Below are positions 17,416 through 26,848 of a stretch of DNA of 44,205 nucleotides, in pieces. How positions within the stretch are numbered: the first letter of the stretch is position 1; each line of letters opens with the position of its first letter. The stretch is from an uncultured Elusimicrobia bacterium. Its GTDB lineage: Bacteria > Elusimicrobiota > Endomicrobiia > DTEH01. Location: the NCBI GenBank assembly GCA_964521665.1, contig CAZFSG010000007.1:1-44205 (forward strand), in the 5' to 3' direction. Position numbers and translations under genes: made by a program. Under the pieces are notes generated by a model, which did not search any database, was not told where the DNA came from, and saw nothing but the letters and a program-made list of their open reading frames with translations.

Positions 17416-17452
17416 TTTTGTAGTAGCAAACTTTTGTTTTTGCTTATTTTTA
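17416..17452 (+). terminator. Lone repeat-family module acting as candidate spoVG terminator
   Basis: TTTTGTAGTA box, then GCAAAC-TTTT-GTTTTTGC (17426-17443, bulged stem), then TTATTTTT. Confidence 0.4.
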
Positions 17453-17489
17453 AACTTAAAATATTCTTATTATTAGGAGTTTTTTATCT

Positions 17490-18782
17490 ATGATACCAAG
17501 ATATACATTACCTGAAATGGCAGAAATATGGTCTGAAGAAAAAAAATTTCAGCTTATGCTAAAAATTGAACTTGAAGTGTTGAAAGTTCTTGTTAAAGAA
17601 AAAATTGTGCCAAAGGATGAATACGACGAAATTGTTAAAAAAATTAAGATTGATATCAAACGTATAAAACAAATAGAAAAAATAACAAAACATGATGTTG
17701 CAGCTTTTGTAGACCAATTAAGTGAGTCAGTAAAAAGTAATTCAGCAAGATGGATACATTTCGGTCTTACTTCTTCTGATGTTTTAGATACAGCAACTGC
17801 AATACAATTAAAACTTAGTTGTGAACAGTTGATGAAAAGATTAAAAACTCTTTTAGATGTGTTAAAATCACAAGCATTAAAATACAAAAATTTAATAATG
17901 ATAGGTCGTACCCATGGTGTACATGCAGAACCTATTACTTTCGGGTACAAACTTCTTGGATGGTATTATGAGATTAAGCAACATTATGAAATGTTAGAAT
18001 ATATAAAAAAAATAGTGAGTGTAGGAAAAATTTCTGGTGTTGTTGGGACATATTCACAACTTTCAGTAGATATAGAAAACAAAGTGTTAAAAAACTTAGG
18101 TATTTATAGCGAACCTGTTTCTACTCAGGTGGTTCCAAGATATAGATATGTGTATTATCTTACCACACTAGCGAACATTGCGGCTTCGTTAGAACGGTTT
18201 GCAACAGAAATAAGACATCTACAAAGAACAGAAGTTTTGGAAGTTGAAGAACCTTTTAGTAAAGGACAGAAAGGTTCTTCTGCAATGCCACATAAAAGAA
18301 ATCCTGTTTTATCAGAAAACATATGTGGGTTAGCACGAGTGATAAGAAGTTATACAATTGCTGGATATGAAAATGTTGCTTTATGGCATGAACGAGATAT
18401 CTCTCATTCGTCAGCTGAACGTATAATCTTGCCTGATATAAGTATAGCAACTGATTTTATCATACATAGGTTTACTGAAATAATGAAAAACATTGTAGTA
18501 TATCCAGAAAACATGGAGGAAAACTTAAAGAAATCGTATAACATTTTTTATTCACAAACTTTACTTTCAGAACTTGTTAAAAAAGGGTTAAGTAGACAAC
18601 AAGCATATAAAATTATACAACCTATTGCACATAAAGCGCTTCTTGAGAAAAAAGATTTTATTTTTCTTTGTTGTAATTCTCCTCAATTGTTAAAAATAAT
18701 TTCTGAAAAAGAAATAAAGAAGTTGTGTTCAATAAAATTTTTATTAAGAAACATTGAAAAAAAATTCGATGAAATATCCTAG
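17490..18782 (+). CDS. purB: Adenylosuccinate lyase
   Basis: Fumarate-lyase signature GSSAMPHKRNP, HFGLTSSDVLDT, and a length typical of PurB. Confidence 0.95.
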   Translation: MIPRYTLPEMAEIWSEEKKFQLMLKIELEVLKVLVKEKIVPKDEYDEIVKKIKIDIKRIKQIEKITKHDVAAFVDQLSESVKSNSARWIHFGLTSSDVLDTATAIQLKLSCEQLMKRLKTLLDVLKSQALKYKNLIMIGRTHGVHAEPITFGYKLLGWYYEIKQHYEMLEYIKKIVSVGKISGVVGTYSQLSVDIENKVLKNLGIYSEPVSTQVVPRYRYVYYLTTLANIAASLERFATEIRHLQRTEVLEVEEPFSKGQKGSSAMPHKRNPVLSENICGLARVIRSYTIAGYENVALWHERDISHSSAERIILPDISIATDFIIHRFTEIMKNIVVYPENMEENLKKSYNIFYSQTLLSELVKKGLSRQQAYKIIQPIAHKALLEKKDFIFLCCNSPQLLKIISEKEIKKLCSIKFLLRNIEKKFDEIS

Positions 18783-19950
18783 AATATATATTATAATACT
18801 AATTTTAGTAATTGTTTTTGTTATAAAAATACTTTTTTTAACTTCTGAAAAAATAAAAGCTGTTATTGAGACAGACAAAATTGTTTTTTCTTCCTCTACT
18901 GCTAAAATACCATTAAAAATTTTTGCAACTAAAGATAGTATTTCACATATTTCATTTTATGTTGTTGAGAAAAATGTTCAACAGAAAGTTTATGATGATT
19001 TTGTTGTTGCGTTAAAAAAAGGACAAGATTATAGTTTAGTTTGCGAGTTTAATAACGATTTAGTTAGAAAAAAAGATTCTTTTTTGTTTTTAACAAAATT
19101 AAATGTATTATATCCTGTTAAAAAAAAATATCAATACTATACAGTCGTTAAAAAACCTACACTGAAAGTTGAGAAAGTTGTTTATGAACCAGTTTATGTT
19201 ACAACAACAGTTGTTAGTATTTCAGAAGTATCAAAAGAAGAAAAAGAAGAAAAAATACAGAAAGAGATTAAAGAAGAAAAAATTGTTGTAAAAGAAAAAC
19301 CTGATTTTGAAATTATCATTTCATCTGAAGAAATAAAGAAAAGATATAATTATGATGAAAAAATAAAACTTGTATTTGTTGTGAAAAACAAATCTGTTTT
19401 TCTTCAGATAAATCCCAAAATAAATGTGTTTTTAAAAACAAAGTTTGATATTGTTGTTTCATCACAAACATTATCTATAAATTTACAACCAGCAGAAATA
19501 AAAACAATTTCTGCAGAGTTTGATGTGTTAAAAGATTACCTTGTCGGTAGTTATTATATTGAGCTTAAGAGTATGTTAGGTAACACACAATATGTAGTTA
19601 AATCAGAAGAATTTGAAATAGTTGATACACCACCAAAAATAAGTTTATCTCAGATGCCTACAATAAGATATAAATTAACAAACACAATCCTTGCTGAAGT
19701 TGAAGATGATAAAGAAGTTGCAGAAGTCAAACTTGTTGAAGTGATACCCAAAAAAAGACAACAAAATGAATATCAAATAATTACAGAGAACCAAATGGTT
19801 CTTATTGCTGGAAGCAAAAAAGCTGGACTTTATAGTTTTACCACTTCTAAAATTCTTAAAAAAGATTTTTATACATTTTATATCCAAGCAAAAGATTCAT
19901 CAGAAAATATAACGAAAACAGAAGTTTTTAAAATAAAAATTACGAAATGA
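18754..19950 (+). CDS. Membrane-anchored protein with E/K-rich linker and beta-sandwich-like repeats, unknown function
   Basis: N-terminal TM anchor IYIIILILVIVFVIKILFL, EEKEEKIQKEIKEEK linker, and beta-strand-rich segments. The start is uncertain (overlaps the purB end; alternative ATG at 18769). Confidence 0.6.
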   Translation: MKKNSMKYPRIYIIILILVIVFVIKILFLTSEKIKAVIETDKIVFSSSTAKIPLKIFATKDSISHISFYVVEKNVQQKVYDDFVVALKKGQDYSLVCEFNNDLVRKKDSFLFLTKLNVLYPVKKKYQYYTVVKKPTLKVEKVVYEPVYVTTTVVSISEVSKEEKEEKIQKEIKEEKIVVKEKPDFEIIISSEEIKKRYNYDEKIKLVFVVKNKSVFLQINPKINVFLKTKFDIVVSSQTLSINLQPAEIKTISAEFDVLKDYLVGSYYIELKSMLGNTQYVVKSEEFEIVDTPPKISLSQMPTIRYKLTNTILAEVEDDKEVAEVKLVEVIPKKRQQNEYQIITENQMVLIAGSKKAGLYSFTTSKILKKDFYTFYIQAKDSSENITKTEVFKIKITK

Positions 19951-19962
19951 TTATGTTATTAA

Positions 19963-21753
19963 ATGAATATAAAAAAACATATTAGTTGGTGTTTGGTTGT
20001 TTTATTTTGCATTTTTTGTGTCATAATTTTATCTATTACCGATATATATTCACCTATAGAAAATATATTTTATGACTTACGATTTAAATTACGTGGTCCT
20101 AAAAAGCCATCAGATAAAATAATAATTGTAAAAATTGATGAAGAATCTCTTACAGAACTTGGTAGATGGCCCTGGGATAGAAAAATTATTGCAAAGGTTG
20201 TAGAAAACCTTATTTCTGCAGGAGCAAAAGTTGTTGCGTTAGACATTCTTTTCCCTGAGAAGAGTAATCCTTTTTCTGACACAAAATTAGTTTCTGCTTT
20301 AGCAAAAGGAAAAACAGTTGTTGCATCACATTTTGAAACAGTATATGAAAATGTTTTGAAAGATGGCTCAATACAAAAAGTTTTAACAGAAAACCTGATT
20401 TTACCAATTCCGCAGATACAAAAAGTTGCAAAAGTAGGGTTTGCTAATATTGAACCTGATAAAGATGGTGTTGTACGTAAAATTACTCTGTATAGAAAAT
20501 ATAAAGGAGAACTATTTGATTCTTTTAATTTTACTATATTTAAAACATACATTGGTAAAAATATAACAGATTTACCTCAACAAATATATGTTAATTATTA
20601 TGGCCCCTCAGAATATTTTGATAAAAAAACAAATAAAATTGTCTCAACTTTTGTCGGATATTCAATTGTAAATGTATACCGCAATGTTATACCTTCAATG
20701 TGGATTAAAGACAAAATAGTTCTTATTGGATCTACAGCAACGGGTTCTTATGACCATTATCCAATACCGTTTGTAAACATTTATCCAGGTGTTGAGTTAC
20801 ATGCTACTGTTATAGAGAATTTGTTATCAAACATTTATTGTAAAAAATTTGGTAAAAATTATTTAATGTTGTTTTTGGTTTGTACGATAATAGTGTTAGG
20901 ATTTGTTTTTTATAACTTAGCTGTTGTCCCAACAATAGTATTAATTTTGTTATTAATTTCTGGATATTATTTGCTAACATATTTTATATTTGTAAAGTTT
21001 TATACAATAGTAGAATTTATACCTTTTGCAGCAGTGGTGTTTTTAATAGGTTTTAGCAGTATTTTATACAAATTATTTTTTGAACAAAAAGAAAAAAAAC
21101 TTATAAAAAAGACATTTTCAAAATATATAAATCCGTATATAATGGAAGAACTGTTGAAAAATCCAGCTGGAAGTTTAAGTATTCTTGGTGGACAAAAAAA
21201 AGAGATTACTGTAGTATTTGCTGATATACGTGGATTTACAACAATTTCTGAATATCTTCCCGCTGAAGAAATAGTTAAACTTCTTAACGAATGTTTTAGT
21301 GTTTTAAGTAATATAATATTTAAGTATAATGGGACTATTGATAAATATATTGGTGATTGTATAATGTTTTTTTGGAACGCTCCTATAGAACAAAAAGATC
21401 ATCCATATTTAGCAGTTAGTTGTGTAATAGAAATGTTTCGTGAACTTGAGAAATTGAACCAAGAATATTCGTTCTCTAAAAATTTTGAGATAAAGATGGG
21501 TGCCGGGATAAATACTGGTGAAGCAATTGTTGGTAATATTGGTTCTGCACATTTGATGGAATACACAGCAGTTGGTGATACAGTTAATGTAGCATCAAGG
21601 TTGCAAGAACTTACTAAAGAGTTTAATATACCTATTATTATTTCTGAATATGTTAACGAAAAACTTAACAACAGGATCCCTACAGTTTCATTAGGTAAAG
21701 TGCTTCTTCGTGGACGACAACAAGAAATTGAGATTTTTGGAATAAAAGCATAA
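19963..21753 (+). CDS. CHASE2 sensor domain-containing class III adenylate/guanylate cyclase
   Basis: N-terminal TM, then a CHASE2-like periplasmic region (LGRWPWDR, DILFPE, GFANIEPDKDGVVRK). Three TM segments follow. Cyclase blocks are ITVVFADIRGFT, KYIGDCIMFFWNAP, GINTGEAIVGNIGS and YTAVGDTVNVASRLQ. Confidence 0.85.
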   Translation: MNIKKHISWCLVVLFCIFCVIILSITDIYSPIENIFYDLRFKLRGPKKPSDKIIIVKIDEESLTELGRWPWDRKIIAKVVENLISAGAKVVALDILFPEKSNPFSDTKLVSALAKGKTVVASHFETVYENVLKDGSIQKVLTENLILPIPQIQKVAKVGFANIEPDKDGVVRKITLYRKYKGELFDSFNFTIFKTYIGKNITDLPQQIYVNYYGPSEYFDKKTNKIVSTFVGYSIVNVYRNVIPSMWIKDKIVLIGSTATGSYDHYPIPFVNIYPGVELHATVIENLLSNIYCKKFGKNYLMLFLVCTIIVLGFVFYNLAVVPTIVLILLLISGYYLLTYFIFVKFYTIVEFIPFAAVVFLIGFSSILYKLFFEQKEKKLIKKTFSKYINPYIMEELLKNPAGSLSILGGQKKEITVVFADIRGFTTISEYLPAEEIVKLLNECFSVLSNIIFKYNGTIDKYIGDCIMFFWNAPIEQKDHPYLAVSCVIEMFRELEKLNQEYSFSKNFEIKMGAGINTGEAIVGNIGSAHLMEYTAVGDTVNVASRLQELTKEFNIPIIISEYVNEKLNNRIPTVSLGKVLLRGRQQEIEIFGIKA

Positions 21754-21804
21754 ACATACAAATTATTGAAATAATACAATAGTATTTTATAAAAAATTAA
21801 AACT

Positions 21805-22506
21805 ATGAAGATATTTTTTAGATTACTTTTGTCACATTTATTAACAGATTTTGTTTTACAAACAAACTTTATTGCAGAGTGGAAAAAAAGAAGTTTTTAT
21901 GGAGTTGTTCTTCACTCATTAACATTTTTTATTTTTGCACTTATTCTTACTTGGGAGAATATTGGTAAAATTTGGTTTGACTATCCAATAAAATTATCTG
22001 GAATATGGTGTTTAATAATTTTATTTGTATTTCATGTTATAGAAGATGAATATCGTGCTTATAATATAAGGCACAACTATATTCAAGATAACATTTTATT
22101 TTTTCTATGGGATCAGGTAATACATATAGTGTTTTTATTTGTTTTTTCATCTTATTGTTCTGTATGGGATGTAGAACCAATAATTTTGATACTTTGTTTA
22201 TTAATAGTAGGCACATATGTATTAAGTATTATTATTTTGTATATGGATAGTTTGTTTTACAATAGTTCTGTTGCATACAATTTTTTTAAAAAAAAGATGT
22301 ATTCAATAGTTTTTAGGTTAGTTATAATGTTGTTTTTTTTGTTGCCACATAAACTATATCTTTTGTCGTTGTTGTTAGTACCAGTAATGTGGCTTTGGAA
22401 TAAAAAAGTAGGTTTTTTATCGCCGATAAGTTGGTGGATAAATACTATAGGAGTATATGGAATTGGTATAAGTATTTTTTTAATACGAAACAATTCGATT
22501 TTGTAG
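21805..22506 (+). CDS. DUF3307-like integral membrane protein
   Basis: LLSHLLTDFVLQT N-terminal motif and HVIEDE/DQVIH histidine-containing TM segments, as I recall for DUF3307. Confidence 0.55.
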   Translation: MKIFFRLLLSHLLTDFVLQTNFIAEWKKRSFYGVVLHSLTFFIFALILTWENIGKIWFDYPIKLSGIWCLIILFVFHVIEDEYRAYNIRHNYIQDNILFFLWDQVIHIVFLFVFSSYCSVWDVEPIILILCLLIVGTYVLSIIILYMDSLFYNSSVAYNFFKKKMYSIVFRLVIMLFFLLPHKLYLLSLLLVPVMWLWNKKVGFLSPISWWINTIGVYGIGISIFLIRNNSIL

Positions 22507-22518
22507 AAAAATACATTT

Positions 22519-23289
22519 ATGAAAAACTTGTTTAAAATATCTATTTTTTCACTAAAAGAAAATTTGAAGACAAAACTTTATCTTGTACTTTTATTGTTTA
22601 GTATAGCACTAATTTTTATAGGATTGCTTTTGACTGGATTAAGTGGATTTGAACAACCACAACGTGTGTTGGTAAATTCCGGTATAGTTATGATAGAATT
22701 ATTTTGTCTTTTATTAGTTCTTTTGAATACAGTAGAACTTTTTTTACAAGATGTGGAAACAAAAAGTATATATATAATTCTTTCAAAACCTATCTCAAGA
22801 ACAAAATATATAGTTGGTAAATATTTTGGTATGTTGTTAACAATAGCTGTAAGTATTTTAATAATGAGTGCTTTTCATATTCTACTTATAAAAATATCAA
22901 AGTGGTATGTAACTAAAGAGTATTTTTTTATACTTACTACTATTTTTCTTAAGATGAGTATTGTTTTATCAATAGCTTTGTTTGGTGTTGTTTCTATGAC
23001 TTCAAGAGTTGCTGCAGTTGTAACTTCTGTTCTTTTATGGATTGCGGGACATTTTACATCAGAATTGATGTTTATAATAAAAAGAATAAAAGTGGATGTT
23101 GTTAAATTTTTGTTGAACATTTTTTACTATATTATTCCTAATTTTCAATTACTTAATCTAAAAGATTTTTTTGATAGTTCATATTTTGTTTCACAATTTA
23201 GTTTAATAAAAGCGTTAGGATATACTTTTGTATATTCTGCTATATTTTTGTTATTAACCTGTTCTGTTTTCAAAAATAAAGATCTATGA
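22519..23289 (+). CDS. ABC-2 type transporter permease-like membrane protein
   Basis: 256 aa with six hydrophobic segments and a large first loop, an overall ABC-2/NosY-like topology. There is no ATPase gene adjacent. The assignment is weak. Confidence 0.5.
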   Translation: MKNLFKISIFSLKENLKTKLYLVLLLFSIALIFIGLLLTGLSGFEQPQRVLVNSGIVMIELFCLLLVLLNTVELFLQDVETKSIYIILSKPISRTKYIVGKYFGMLLTIAVSILIMSAFHILLIKISKWYVTKEYFFILTTIFLKMSIVLSIALFGVVSMTSRVAAVVTSVLLWIAGHFTSELMFIIKRIKVDVVKFLLNIFYYIIPNFQLLNLKDFFDSSYFVSQFSLIKALGYTFVYSAIFLLLTCSVFKNKDL

Positions 23290-24059
23290 AGGTTTATTTT
23301 ATCATTTTGATTATTTGTTTAATTTTTCTAAATTTGGTAATAAAAAATCCTGTAAGTTTTTATAAAGATGAAAAATATAACATTTTTGTTTCTCGTTTAC
23401 CATTAGAAAAATTTTTTGTTATTGACAGTATAGGGTTTATTTTGGGTTTAAGAAAATTTATAAGTGATATTGCTTGGATACAACTATTACAGTATTATGG
23501 TGGCCCACCTCCAGAAAGACATGATCATAAAGAAGATATTTATGAACATATGACTAAGATTCAGCCTGGGATGTATAAAAAATTTATTGATTATTGTAAA
23601 CGTGTTGTAGTTTTAGATCCTTTATATAGTTTTGTATATTTTTATGGAGTAGGAGTATTAGCATGGAATCTTGAACGACCAGATGAAGCATTGAACCTTG
23701 TTGGATTTGGTCTTAAAAATTTAGAGTTTCAGAAATCTTCTTCTGATAGCGATTATTGGGAACTTGTTAAGTATCAACAAGCAATTTGTTATAAACTTGG
23801 CGGTAAGTATTTGGAAATGATAGACAAACTTAAAGAGATAGTAGAAGGTGGTAAAGCACCGAATATGGTTAAAGCAATTCTTGCTAATATGTATAAAAAA
23901 TATGGTAGGTATGAAGAAGCATTATCTATATGGGAAGAATTATTGTTAGTTAATGATCCAGAATATGTAGAACGTGCAAAGATACAAATTCTACAACTTA
24001 AAAAATTAATAAAAGAAAAATATGAAAAAAACAGTACAAGTACCAAAAGAAATTTTTGA
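23286..24059 (+). CDS. Membrane-anchored helical-repeat (TPR-like) protein
   Basis: N-terminal TM followed by helical repeat-like sequence (ALSIWEELLLVNDPEYVERAKIQI). ATGA overlap with the upstream permease-like gene. Confidence 0.55.
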   Translation: MKVYFIILIICLIFLNLVIKNPVSFYKDEKYNIFVSRLPLEKFFVIDSIGFILGLRKFISDIAWIQLLQYYGGPPPERHDHKEDIYEHMTKIQPGMYKKFIDYCKRVVVLDPLYSFVYFYGVGVLAWNLERPDEALNLVGFGLKNLEFQKSSSDSDYWELVKYQQAICYKLGGKYLEMIDKLKEIVEGGKAPNMVKAILANMYKKYGRYEEALSIWEELLLVNDPEYVERAKIQILQLKKLIKEKYEKNSTSTKRNF

Positions 24060-24837
24060 AAATTGTCCTTCTTGTAACCAAATTTTGTTAAAGAAAGAAC
24101 TCATAGAAAATTATAAAATATGTCCTAAATGTGGATACATGTTTAGATTATCTTCTTATGAACGAATAGAACTTCTTGTTGATAAAAATACATTTAAAGA
24201 GTTTGCTAAAAATTATAAACCTGTTAATGTGTTAAACTTCCCAGAATATGATGCTAAAATAAAAGAATCTGAAAAAAAATCAAATCTTAACGAAGCATGT
24301 GTATGTGGAATATGTAGTATTAACAATATCAAAACAGTTTTATGTGTATTAGACTTTAATTTTTTAGGTGGTAGCATGGGTTCTGTTGTAGGAGAAAAGA
24401 TAACTTTAAGTTTTGAGAAAGCAAAAAAAATGAAACTGCCGATCGTAATTGTTTCAGCAAGTGGTGGTGCAAGAATGCAAGAAGGTGTTATCTCTTTAAT
24501 GCAAATGGCAAAAACTGCTGCTGCTTGTGCTGAATTTAAAAAGACCAACCTTCCTTACATTTCTGTTCTTACTGATCCGACAACTGGTGGTGTTACAGCA
24601 TCATTTGCTATGTTAGGTGATATAATTATAGCAGAAACCAAAGCATTGATAGGTTTTGCAGGACCAAGAGTTATAGAACAAACTATAAAGCAAAAACTCC
24701 CTGAAGGTTTTCAATCAGCAGAGTTTTTACTTGAACACGGGTTTGTCGACATTGTTGTTGAAAGAAAAAATATGAAAAGTGTGATATCAACAATTTTAAA
24801 ACTATGTTTGAATAATATAAAAAGGCAGGGTAAATGA
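24022..24837 (+). CDS. accD: Acetyl-CoA carboxylase carboxyltransferase subunit beta
   Basis: N-terminal zinc ribbon CPSCNQ...CPKCGY and carboxyltransferase blocks FNFLGGSMGSVVGEKI and SASGGARMQEG. Confidence 0.9.
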   Translation: MKKTVQVPKEIFENCPSCNQILLKKELIENYKICPKCGYMFRLSSYERIELLVDKNTFKEFAKNYKPVNVLNFPEYDAKIKESEKKSNLNEACVCGICSINNIKTVLCVLDFNFLGGSMGSVVGEKITLSFEKAKKMKLPIVIVSASGGARMQEGVISLMQMAKTAAACAEFKKTNLPYISVLTDPTTGGVTASFAMLGDIIIAETKALIGFAGPRVIEQTIKQKLPEGFQSAEFLLEHGFVDIVVERKNMKSVISTILKLCLNNIKRQGK

Positions 24838-24873
24838 TAACTTTGGAGTAATGTGTTTGGAATTTATACTATT

Positions 24874-26103
24874 ATGAAACAAAAAATTGTTTTAGCATAT
24901 TCAGGCGGGCTTGATACATCAGTGATTTTGCATTGGTTGAAACAAAAATATAAAGCAGATGTGATTGCTGTTATTGTAGATGTAGGACAAAACGAAAATT
25001 TTGATGAAATAAAGGAACGTGCATACAAAATTGGTGCAAAAAAAGTTTATGTTGTTGATGCAAAAGAAGAGTTTGTAAAAGATTATATATTTAAAGTTTT
25101 GAAAGCAGATGCTGTATATGAAGGAAAATACTTACTTGGTACTTCTATTGCAAGACCGTTAATTGCAAAAAAAGTTGTTGAAGTTGCAAAAAAAGAAAAT
25201 GCAAAAATTTTATCTCATGGTGCAACAGGTAAAGGTAATGATCAAGTTAGGTTTGAACATGCATTTAAATGTTTATTTCCTGAAGCAAAAATTATAGCTG
25301 TATGGCGTGAATGGAATCTTAAATCTCGTCAAGATGAAATAAAATATGCTAAAAAATATAAAATACCTATTACTGTGACAAAAGAAAAACCTTATTCTTC
25401 AGATGCTAATTTATGGCATATAAGTTATGAAGGTGGTATTCTTGAAAATTTAAATAATGAACCAGACGAAAGTATGTTCCAGTTGACAGTTTCGCCGAAA
25501 AATGCTCCTGATGAATATGAAGATGTTGAAATTGAATTTAAAGAAGGTGTACCGGTTAAGATCGCAACAGAAGAAGGTAAATTTTCTTTAGAAAAAGATG
25601 GTGGAACAAAAATTATACAGGTTTTAAACAAAGTTGCTGGTAGAAACGCTATAGGAAGGACAGACATTGTTGAGGATCGTCTTGTAGGGATAAAATCTCG
25701 TGGTGTGTATGAAGCACCAGCTGCAACTTTGCTTTATTTTGCTCATAGAGAAATAGAATATTTAACTTTAGATAAAGATACATTTCAATATAAGCAACAT
25801 CTTGCTTTAGAATATGCAAGATTGGTTTATAATGGTGAGTGGTTTACATTAAAACGTGAAAGTTTAGATAAAATTATTGATGAAATCCAAAAATATGTTA
25901 ATGGTAAAGTTGTACTAAAATTATACAAAGGTAACATTTTTGTTAAATCCAGATATTCACCAAATTCACTATACGAATACAAACTTGCTTCGTTTGATAA
26001 ACAATCAAAAGGATTGTTAGAATATGACCAAAAAGATGCTGGTGGGTTTATAAACCTTTTTTCATTACAACATCGTATCTTTGCTATTAAAAATAAAAAA
26101 TGA
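24874..26103 (+). CDS. argG: Argininosuccinate synthase
   Basis: KIVLAYSGGLDTS P-loop-like motif, SHGATGKGNDQVRFE and GRTDIVEDRLVGIKSRGVYE. The tracked ORF starts at GTG 24853. The ATG at 24874 gives the canonical N-terminus, so the start is uncertain by 21 nt. Confidence 0.93.
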   Translation: MKQKIVLAYSGGLDTSVILHWLKQKYKADVIAVIVDVGQNENFDEIKERAYKIGAKKVYVVDAKEEFVKDYIFKVLKADAVYEGKYLLGTSIARPLIAKKVVEVAKKENAKILSHGATGKGNDQVRFEHAFKCLFPEAKIIAVWREWNLKSRQDEIKYAKKYKIPITVTKEKPYSSDANLWHISYEGGILENLNNEPDESMFQLTVSPKNAPDEYEDVEIEFKEGVPVKIATEEGKFSLEKDGGTKIIQVLNKVAGRNAIGRTDIVEDRLVGIKSRGVYEAPAATLLYFAHREIEYLTLDKDTFQYKQHLALEYARLVYNGEWFTLKRESLDKIIDEIQKYVNGKVVLKLYKGNIFVKSRYSPNSLYEYKLASFDKQSKGLLEYDQKDAGGFINLFSLQHRIFAIKNKK

Positions 26104-26831
26104 CAAAAAGAATAGCAGTTTGTGGTAAAGGTGGTGTTGGTAAAACAACAGTTGTGTGTGGTATTGTTAAATATTTAATTGATAAAAATTTGACACCAAT
26201 TTTAGTTGTAGACGCAGATCCTAATTCAAACCTTGCTGAAAGTTTAGGGATGAAATATGAGTTAACTGTTGCTGATATAAGAGAAGAACTTAGAACTGCA
26301 CAAATACCACAAAATTTTTCTAAAGCAGAATATGTTAATATGAAATTGCAGGAAGCCCTTGTTGAATATAAAAATTTTGACCTTATTGTAATGGGGAGAC
26401 CTGAAGGGAAAGAATGTTATTGTTATGTTAACGAACTCTTAAGAACATTTATGTCAAACTTATCTAAGAACTATAGATATGTTGTAGTCGATACAGAAGC
26501 AGGGATGGAACATTTCTCAAGAAGGACAACTGATAATATAGATATACTTATAATTGTAACAATACCTACAGTTGTTTCGTTTAATACTGTAAAAAAAATT
26601 TTGGATTTAATACCAAAACTTGGATTAAAGATTTATGATAAAAAAATTTTAGTAAATTTAGCAGAAGAAAATTTTGTCCCATTTAACGAATTAAAGGTTG
26701 ATGGAGTGCTACATAGAGACGAAAAAATTTATATTTATTCCCAACAGCAACAACCTTTGATTGAAAAAATTACAGAAACAAATTTTTATAATGAACTAAA
26801 AAATTTTTTTGATAAAATAAATCTTACTTAA
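26100..26831 (+). CDS. CooC-family (MinD/ParA-class) metal-chaperone-type ATPase
   Basis: Deviant Walker [19 protein letters not shown], the CxC metal motif in [10 protein letters not shown], and Walker [17 protein letters not shown] overlap with the argG stop. Confidence 0.75.
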   Translation: MTKRIAVCGKGGVGKTTVVCGIVKYLIDKNLTPILVVDADPNSNLAESLGMKYELTVADIREELRTAQIPQNFSKAEYVNMKLQEALVEYKNFDLIVMGRPEGKECYCYVNELLRTFMSNLSKNYRYVVVDTEAGMEHFSRRTTDNIDILIIVTIPTVVSFNTVKKILDLIPKLGLKIYDKKILVNLAEENFVPFNELKVDGVLHRDEKIYIYSQQQQPLIEKITETNFYNELKNFFDKINLT

Positions 26832-26848
26832 AAAGGAGAGAAATTTTT

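Noticed and set aside
20070-20552. 160-aa and nested 73-aa ORFs on the - strand
   Set aside because: They lie antisense to the CHASE2 region of the cyclase gene. No SD and no recognisable domain. The same reasoning applies to the other tracked antisense ORFs: 1027-1281, 2255-2560, 3251-3478, 4159-4398, 5387-5605, 9675-9938, 10781-10972, 12663-13175, 13974-14168, 15899-16102, 16405-16695, 17549-17950, 18256-18450, 19675-19887, 21399-21779, 22257-22493, 22875-23120, 23789-24046, 24213-24548, 25425-25667, 27753-28099, 28583-28795, 29593-29823, 32171-32488, 34330-34837, 35579-35941, 39401-39595, 40516-40752, 41001-41183 and 42155-42382.
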